Both the position numbers and the translations under genes were made by a program. From assembly GCF_000008465.1 (NCBI RefSeq), contig NC_006512.1:240001-272000 (forward strand): a stretch of 32,000 bases of DNA. Direction: 5' to 3'. The DNA comes from Idiomarina loihiensis L2TR (lineage in GTDB: Bacteria; Pseudomonadota; Gammaproteobacteria; Enterobacterales; Alteromonadaceae). The notes beneath the pieces are model-generated. The model was not told where the DNA came from. It saw nothing but the letters and a program-made list of their open reading frames with translations, and made no database searches. This document shows positions 27,204-32,000 of this stretch, piece after piece; the stretch's first letter is position 1; each line of letters starts with the position of its first letter.

Positions 27204-28100
27204 TTATACGTAATGATCGACCAGTAAAATCACAAACAGCAGCATGAGGTGCCAGATAGAGAAGGCAAACATGTTAAAGGCTGTTTTCTTGCTGGGCGAG
27301 TATTTCAACTTCCAGGCGTAAGCCAGGAAAATAGCATTAAGCACACTGACGCCGACCAGATAAATCATTCCTGTCATGCCAATTAAAAACGGCATAAGGC
27401 AAACCACGGTCAGCAAAACGGTGTACAGAAAAATACAGGTTTTGGTGAACTCAATACCATGGGTTACCGGCAGCATTGGCACCTTGGCACGGGCATAATC
27501 TTTAGCGCGGTGTACCGCCAGAGCCCAGAAGTGGGGCGGGGTCCAGGTGAATATGATCATAACCAGCAGCACCGCCGGCGCGTTAATTTCGTTGGTCACC
27601 GAGGTCCAGCCCAGTAACGGTGGTGCCGCACCGGCTAAACCACCAATAACAATGTTCTGCGGCGTTGCGCGTTTTAAGAACATGGTATAAACCACAGCGT
27701 AACCCACCATACTGGCAAAGGTTAACCAGGCAGTTAATGGATTAACCCAGGCATACAGGGTCACAAAACCAATGACACCTATAGATGCAGCGAACGTGGT
27801 GACTTTTGCAGGTGACAAATTTCCCTGAGGCAGCGGACGCCGAAGTGTGCGCGCCATTTTTGCGTCAATATGGCGGTCAACTAGGTGATTAATGGCGGCC
27901 GCAGCGGCAGACATGAGTCCAATACCAGTCAGCGCCGGCACTAGTACTTTCAGCGACACCAGTTCTTCAGTGGCCAGACACATGCCAACCACGGCGGTGA
28001 GTAACAGCAAGGCGACGACACGGGGCTTGGTCAGTTCAAGGTAGTCCCGCCAATGAGCGTTGCGCGTCTTTGTTATATTATTTGTGGCAACGGATTGCAT
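27204..28100 (-). CDS. cyoE: protoheme IX farnesyltransferase (heme O synthase)
   Basis: UbiA-type motifs [10 protein letters not shown] and [21 protein letters not shown]. Multi-TM. Confidence 0.95.
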   Translation of the reverse strand: MQSVATNNITKTRNAHWRDYLELTKPRVVALLLLTAVVGMCLATEELVSLKVLVPALTGIGLMSAAAAAINHLVDRHIDAKMARTLRRPLPQGNLSPAKVTTFAASIGVIGFVTLYAWVNPLTAWLTFASMVGYAVVYTMFLKRATPQNIVIGGLAGAAPPLLGWTSVTNEINAPAVLLVMIIFTWTPPHFWALAVHRAKDYARAKVPMLPVTHGIEFTKTCIFLYTVLLTVVCLMPFLIGMTGMIYLVGVSVLNAIFLAYAWKLKYSPSKKTAFNMFAFSIWHLMLLFVILLVDHYV

Positions 28101-28113
28101 AGTTTCAACTCCT

Positions 28114-29103
28114 CTACGCTTTTCTGGACAAGTTGTAGTTCAACGCGACCAGCGACAGCAAAAATAAAGCCCCTACGGCATTATGTGCCACTGCATTCCA
28201 AAGCGGTAATTGAAAGACTACGTTACTAATACCCAGCAGAATTTGCAAAGATAATAACAAGCCAATAACAATTAATGAGCGCCGGAAAAAGTGTGACTTC
28301 GCTTTTCGCCAGCATTTAAAGAGTAGAGTACAAATCACTAAAAAAGTAATAATAGCGCCCACTCTGTGCATTACGTGCATAGTCATACGGTCGTTGTAGT
28401 CATGAGCACCGTATTGATAGGTGTCAGCCTCGGGTATGCTGAAGGCTCCGGCAAAGTCCAGCTGCGCCGTCCAGTTACCTTCGCAAAAAGGTAGCTCAGT
28501 GCAGGCTACGGCGGCATAGTTTGCAGCAACCCAACCACCTAAGGCTATTTGACCAATAACCACCAGTAGCGTAAAAAATGCCAGCCCTCGATAGCGCCTG
28601 AGTTCCGGGTCACCACCGGCCAGCCGAAATGATGACAGCCGCAGCGAGAGCAGATATAGCAGCGATATAACCGAAAAGCCGCCCAGCAAATGCCCCATGA
28701 CTATGAGCGGTTGGAGGTTCATGGTAACTGTCCACATACCCAGAGCCGCCTGAAATATTACTAGCCCGAGAAGCAAAGTGGGCAATTTAACCGGAGTCGG
28801 GTAATGACTGTAGCGACGGCTTTTAACCCAGGAAATAATGGCAATGGTCAATATTAATAATCCCAGGGTGCCAGCAAAGTAGCGGTGCACCATTTCGTTC
28901 CAAGCTTTGGCGTGCTCCACAGGTGCATCCGGGAACCTAAGTTCCGCCTGCTGAATGTGCTCCTCCTGCGATGGTACCTTCAAAAAACCGTAGCAGCCGG
29001 GCCAGTCAGGACAACCCAGGCCTGCTTCAGTGAGCCGGGTAAAGGCGCCAAGAACAATAACGATAAAAGCAAAAAAAACACTAATTTTTACCAGTAAACG
29101 CAT
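28114..29103 (-). CDS. ctaA: heme A synthase COX15/CtaA
   Basis: Motifs [19 protein letters not shown] and conserved His in TM helices (HR-FA, GHLLGG, HR-GA, AHNAVGA). Confidence 0.92.
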   Translation of the reverse strand: MRLLVKISVFFAFIVIVLGAFTRLTEAGLGCPDWPGCYGFLKVPSQEEHIQQAELRFPDAPVEHAKAWNEMVHRYFAGTLGLLILTIAIISWVKSRRYSHYPTPVKLPTLLLGLVIFQAALGMWTVTMNLQPLIVMGHLLGGFSVISLLYLLSLRLSSFRLAGGDPELRRYRGLAFFTLLVVIGQIALGGWVAANYAAVACTELPFCEGNWTAQLDFAGAFSIPEADTYQYGAHDYNDRMTMHVMHRVGAIITFLVICTLLFKCWRKAKSHFFRRSLIVIGLLLSLQILLGISNVVFQLPLWNAVAHNAVGALFLLSLVALNYNLSRKA

Positions 29104-29112
29104 GTCATTTCC

Positions 29113-29658
29113 CTACCCAATTCTGGACAATTTAAGCAGTTTACGAAGATCCGCCAGCACGTTTTTACCTTCCGTTATCATTTGCTCTTTGTCCTCATGG
29201 GTGGGGTAATACAGCATGACGTTATGCATCGGGTCGATAATAAACAAGGTGTTTTCGGGCAGAGCTGAAAGTTGTTCGATCAGTTCAGGCGTTACCAGCT
29301 GGGTAATATGCGGGGCACTATGATTAAAGCCAGCCTGAAGGCTTTCGCTTTGGTGCAACACTACAGGGGTTAGCCTATCGGTGTCTTTGCCAATAGCGAC
29401 ATCGATTTGGTTCATAACGTATAAAGCATTTTCGCAGGTGATTGCACAGTTCTGCGGGGCGATATATCCCACTTGCCAACCTTCTGGTAGCTGTTCGGCT
29501 TGTTGTTCTAAGGTAATGGTGGGTTGCAATAAAATGCCTTTATTGGTTCCCGCCTCATACCAGTTTTGAGACAAAAAAAGCCACGCGGCCAAAACGGGGA
29601 CTATAAAAGCAAGGAAAACAATAATCATGGAACGGCGAGAGCGATTCAGGGAGCTCAT
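29113..29658 (-). CDS. uncharacterised membrane-anchored protein of the cox cluster, thioredoxin/Sco-like features with CxxxC
   Basis: ATGA overlap with the surf1 stop. N-terminal TM (MIIVFLAFIVPVLAAWLFL), only Cys pair CAITC at residues 71-75, and later LFIIDPMHNVMLYY, which resembles the Sco/TlpA beta-strand plus His region. Confidence 0.6.
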   Translation of the reverse strand: MSSLNRSRRSMIIVFLAFIVPVLAAWLFLSQNWYEAGTNKGILLQPTITLEQQAEQLPEGWQVGYIAPQNCAITCENALYVMNQIDVAIGKDTDRLTPVVLHQSESLQAGFNHSAPHITQLVTPELIEQLSALPENTLFIIDPMHNVMLYYPTHEDKEQMITEGKNVLADLRKLLKLSRIG

Positions 29659-30410
29659 CGGGTCTCCTCTTTTTTTGGTTGTTTATTCAGTTTTATAACA
29701 GCAAATACAAAAATCACCAAGCACGCAATGGCCAGCGAAAACCACTGAACAGCGTAACCCTGATGTTTTTGCGGCGACATTACCTGGGGTTTCCAGTTAC
29801 GTTGCCAACCCAGGGTGTCTGGTGATTTCAATAAAAAGGTGTAGTCGGTTAATGGAATGTCGAGTTCTTTACTAATGGCGTTAGGCTGAAACTCTTGTAC
29901 TCGTATTCGGTCATCAGCTAACTCGGTTTCATAAGTATTACTGACAAATTTGTTGTTCGAGGGAAAGTACAGGTAGCCCGTAAGATTCTGTCTACTCTCG
30001 GGAACATTTATTTTGGGCAGTTCTTGCCGGGATGCAGGAGCAGGTACCCAGCCCATATTAACAGGAATGTAATTATTGGGTTTGGCGTCAGGGCGAAACA
30101 AGGCAATAACCTGATAGCCGACAATGCCATCGGTCATTTTATTATCGAGAAAAAAGACCGGTTGTTTAACAAATTCGCCTTCCATTTTGGCAAAAAGAAA
30201 GCGATCAGACTCAGAAGATATTGTTCCTAGCTGAGACAGTGCCGTTGCATCCCCTTTCGATTGTTGCTGTTCGTAATCGGAAAATAGCTTACGTTTTTCT
30301 TCTGCGCGCTCTAGTTGCCAAAAACCTAGCTTGACCAACACCGCAATTGCCAGCAGAGTAACTAACGTAGCGATAAGAGGAAAACGTATGTTGGTCTTTT
30401 TTAAAATCAT
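29655..30410 (-). CDS. surf1: SURF1 family cytochrome oxidase assembly protein
   Basis: N-terminal TM followed by LGFWQLERAEEK, and a second TM at the C-terminus after HQGYAVQWFSLA. Confidence 0.9.
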   Translation of the reverse strand: MILKKTNIRFPLIATLVTLLAIAVLVKLGFWQLERAEEKRKLFSDYEQQQSKGDATALSQLGTISSESDRFLFAKMEGEFVKQPVFFLDNKMTDGIVGYQVIALFRPDAKPNNYIPVNMGWVPAPASRQELPKINVPESRQNLTGYLYFPSNNKFVSNTYETELADDRIRVQEFQPNAISKELDIPLTDYTFLLKSPDTLGWQRNWKPQVMSPQKHQGYAVQWFSLAIACLVIFVFAVIKLNKQPKKEETR

Positions 30411-30603
30411 TATTGTACTGCTGCTTGGTTATATGGTGGTGAATCTGTTCCGCGCATTATTCAGTATGCTGCGCAACGACCCGAATAAACCACCCATGTC
30501 CCATTATCTGGGGAAACGGGTGGGAGTGGCCGCCGTTATCCTTGTGATACTGATAGCGGCGACGGTTAGTGGCTTTTTACCTTTAAACCCGCGCCCCTAT
30601 TAG
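30388..30603 (+). CDS. DUF2909-like twin-transmembrane small protein, encoded antisense to the cox operon
   Basis: 71 aa with two TM helices separated by a basic loop (RNDPNKPPMSHYLGKR). ATG at 30388 lies 7 nt after AAGAGG. My recollection is that a small DUF2909 gene sits between coIII and surf1 in Pseudomonas-type cox clusters. Confidence 0.65.
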   Translation: MLVFFKIIIVLLLGYMVVNLFRALFSMLRNDPNKPPMSHYLGKRVGVAAVILVILIAATVSGFLPLNPRPY

Positions 30604-30618
30604 ACGGGGCGTTTTTTT
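30592..30618 (+). terminator. orientation-biased Rho-independent terminator after the DUF2909 gene
   Basis: CGCCCC-N8-GGGGCG followed by T7 on the + strand. The stop codon TAG lies in the loop. On the - strand the hairpin is followed by CGGGUUUAAA, with no U tract. Confidence 0.6.
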
Positions 30619-31492
30619 AGAGTATGTAAACCACGACGAACAGGCATAACCAAACGACATCAACAAAGTGCCAGTACCAGCTGGTCGCCTGAAAAGCGAA
30701 GTGGTTATCTGGTGTAAAATGCCCCTTCAAAACCCTCAGGAACATGATGATAAGCATCACGGTTCCTAAGGTTACGTGCATACCGTGGAACCCGGTGAGC
30801 ATATAAAAGGTGTTGCCATAAACACCGGAATCAAGCGTTAGATTTAAATCTTGGTAGGCATGCACATACTCAGCGCCTTGCAGATAGAGGAAAATGCAAC
30901 CCAGAATAATGGTAACGCCCAGCATTGCGGTTAGCTGTTTACGTTTATTTTGTTCCAGGCCTGTGTGAGCAAAGTGACAGGTCACTGAACTGGCCAACAA
31001 AATAAGCGTGTTGATAGCCGGCAGACCATACCAACCCATAGCCTGGGTTTCAGTGCCGCCTGGTGTTTTTACCAACGGCCATTGCGCAACAAACTCTGGC
31101 CACAGAACCTCATTGGTCATAGCATTGTTACTGTCTCCTCCCAGCCACTGAACGGCAATAACGCGAGCGTAGAAAAGGGCACCAAAAAAAGCAGCAAAGA
31201 ACATGACTTCGGAGAAAATAAACCAGCTCATACCTTGTTTGTAGGAGTCGCCGAGTTGGTTACTGTATTTACCGCTCATGGATTCGTTGATTTGGTCACG
31301 AAACCAACCAAAGAGCATGACGGCTATAACGACTAAGCCAATGGTCAATACAGTACTGCCATAACCATCCTGCTCTTTGCTCATATCAATAACAGTGTGT
31401 CCAGCGCCCCAGGCAATTAAGCCTAGCCCAACTGCACCAACAATTGGCCAGGGACTGGAAGCAGGAACATAATAACTTTGTTGTTCTGCCAT
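30617..31492 (-). CDS. coxC: cytochrome c oxidase (aa3-type) subunit III
   Basis: 291 aa, 7-TM. Motifs FIFSEVMFFAAFF, GFHG-HV-GT and WYWHFVDVVW. Confidence 0.95.
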   Translation of the reverse strand: MAEQQSYYVPASSPWPIVGAVGLGLIAWGAGHTVIDMSKEQDGYGSTVLTIGLVVIAVMLFGWFRDQINESMSGKYSNQLGDSYKQGMSWFIFSEVMFFAAFFGALFYARVIAVQWLGGDSNNAMTNEVLWPEFVAQWPLVKTPGGTETQAMGWYGLPAINTLILLASSVTCHFAHTGLEQNKRKQLTAMLGVTIILGCIFLYLQGAEYVHAYQDLNLTLDSGVYGNTFYMLTGFHGMHVTLGTVMLIIMFLRVLKGHFTPDNHFAFQATSWYWHFVDVVWLCLFVVVYIL

Positions 31493-31504
31493 AACGTCGT
31501 TTCC

Positions 31505-32000
31505 TTATTCTGTTTTTAACAGCTGAGCAATTGCTTCAGCCGACGTATTGGCTGTCATATCGTACAGCGTGTATGACAGGGTAAAGGTCGTAATATGATC
31601 GGGAATGTCCGGGTCCAGATAAAACTGCATTGGCATTTCTGTTTCAGCGCCAGCGGCCAGCGGTTGCTGGTTAAAGCAAAAGCATTCTACTTTGTTCAGG
31701 TAAAGAGAGGCTTCCGCAGGCGCTACAGATGGAATAGCCTGAGCGATCATGTTTGAGGAAGTCGGGTTTCCTGCTAAAAAATTAACTACTTTAACTTCAC
31801 CGGGATGAATCTTGACTTGCTTGATCGATGGCTCAAACTTCCACGGAATACCTTTGGCATTGCGTGTCAGGAATTGCACCGTGACCGTGCGTGATTCATC
31901 CACTTCAACCTGTTGATAAACCGCTGCTTCGTTACTGGTACGACCGTTAAAGCCGGTCACTTCACAAAATACGTCGTAAAGTGGTACCAGGGCGAAGCCG
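31505..32000 (-). CDS. ctaG: cytochrome c oxidase assembly protein CtaG/Cox11 (5' end outside window)
   Basis: The frame stays open to the window edge (GFALVPLYDVFCEVTGFNGRT), so the GTG at 31960 is internal. The CFCF copper motif (VECFCFNQQ) is present. Confidence 0.9.
   Translation of the reverse strand, partial: GFALVPLYDVFCEVTGFNGRTSNEAAVYQQVEVDESRTVTVQFLTRNAKGIPWKFEPSIKQVKIHPGEVKVVNFLAGNPTSSNMIAQAIPSVAPAEASLYLNKVECFCFNQQPLAAGAETEMPMQFYLDPDIPDHITTFTLSYTLYDMTANTSAEAIAQLLKTE

Noticed and set aside
1-32000. Searched the whole window for mobile elements, integrases, CRISPR repeats, tRNA/rRNA genes, toxin-antitoxin pairs, defence-type ATPases or nucleases, or a compositional island that could hide a novel system.
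   Set aside because: Every ORF over 60 aa that is not antisense noise is accounted for by a conserved housekeeping or respiratory family. The longest non-coding gap is about 215 bp (most are under 185 bp). No direct-repeat arrays or terminal inverted repeats were seen. I conclude this is an ordinary core region rather than an accessory island.

Overview
The window reads as a compact, conserved core-chromosome segment of a marine gammaproteobacterium. Gene order resembles Alteromonadales/Idiomarinaceae, but taxon cannot be fixed without a database search. Almost every ORF belongs to a gene cluster also known from E. coli or Pseudomonas. In order these are: the tail of a CysK/CBS-family gene plus a cystathionine gamma-lyase-family gene; a small accessory trio (membrane peptide, VOC protein, Thr/Ser dehydratase-like); yjaG; yhhL-rsmD divergent from ftsY-ftsE-ftsX-rpoH; a YkgJ-type Cys-cluster ORF abutting rpoH; gpmI-envC-yibQ divergent from yibN-secB-gpsA; slmA-dut-coaBC divergent from radC-rpmB-rpmG; a 2OG-Fe(II) oxygenase and an unknown membrane-anchored protein; mutM; bioH divergent from comF-nfuA; a four-repeat DUF4397 lipoprotein; dinF-like MATE; an orphan NodB-type deacetylase; and the distal half of an aa3 cytochrome c oxidase biogenesis operon (ctaG-coxC-[antisense DUF2909]-surf1-unknown-ctaA-cyoE-senC). 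I found no tRNA/rRNA, CRISPR array, IS/transposase, integrase, phage or recognisable defence genes. No non-coding gap exceeds about 215 bp (most are under 185 bp), and there is no obvious compositional island. I therefore do not see a convincing novel multi-gene system. The most interesting points are local. First, an uncharacterised membrane-anchored CxxxC thioredoxin-like protein sits in the cox cluster. Second, a DUF2909 gene lies antisense inside that operon, with its start overlapping the surf1 start head-to-head. Third, a Cys-cluster ORF follows the rpoH stop codon with zero spacing. Fourth, there are several convergent gene overlaps with no terminator. All product calls come from motif and synteny recognition by eye, not from searches.
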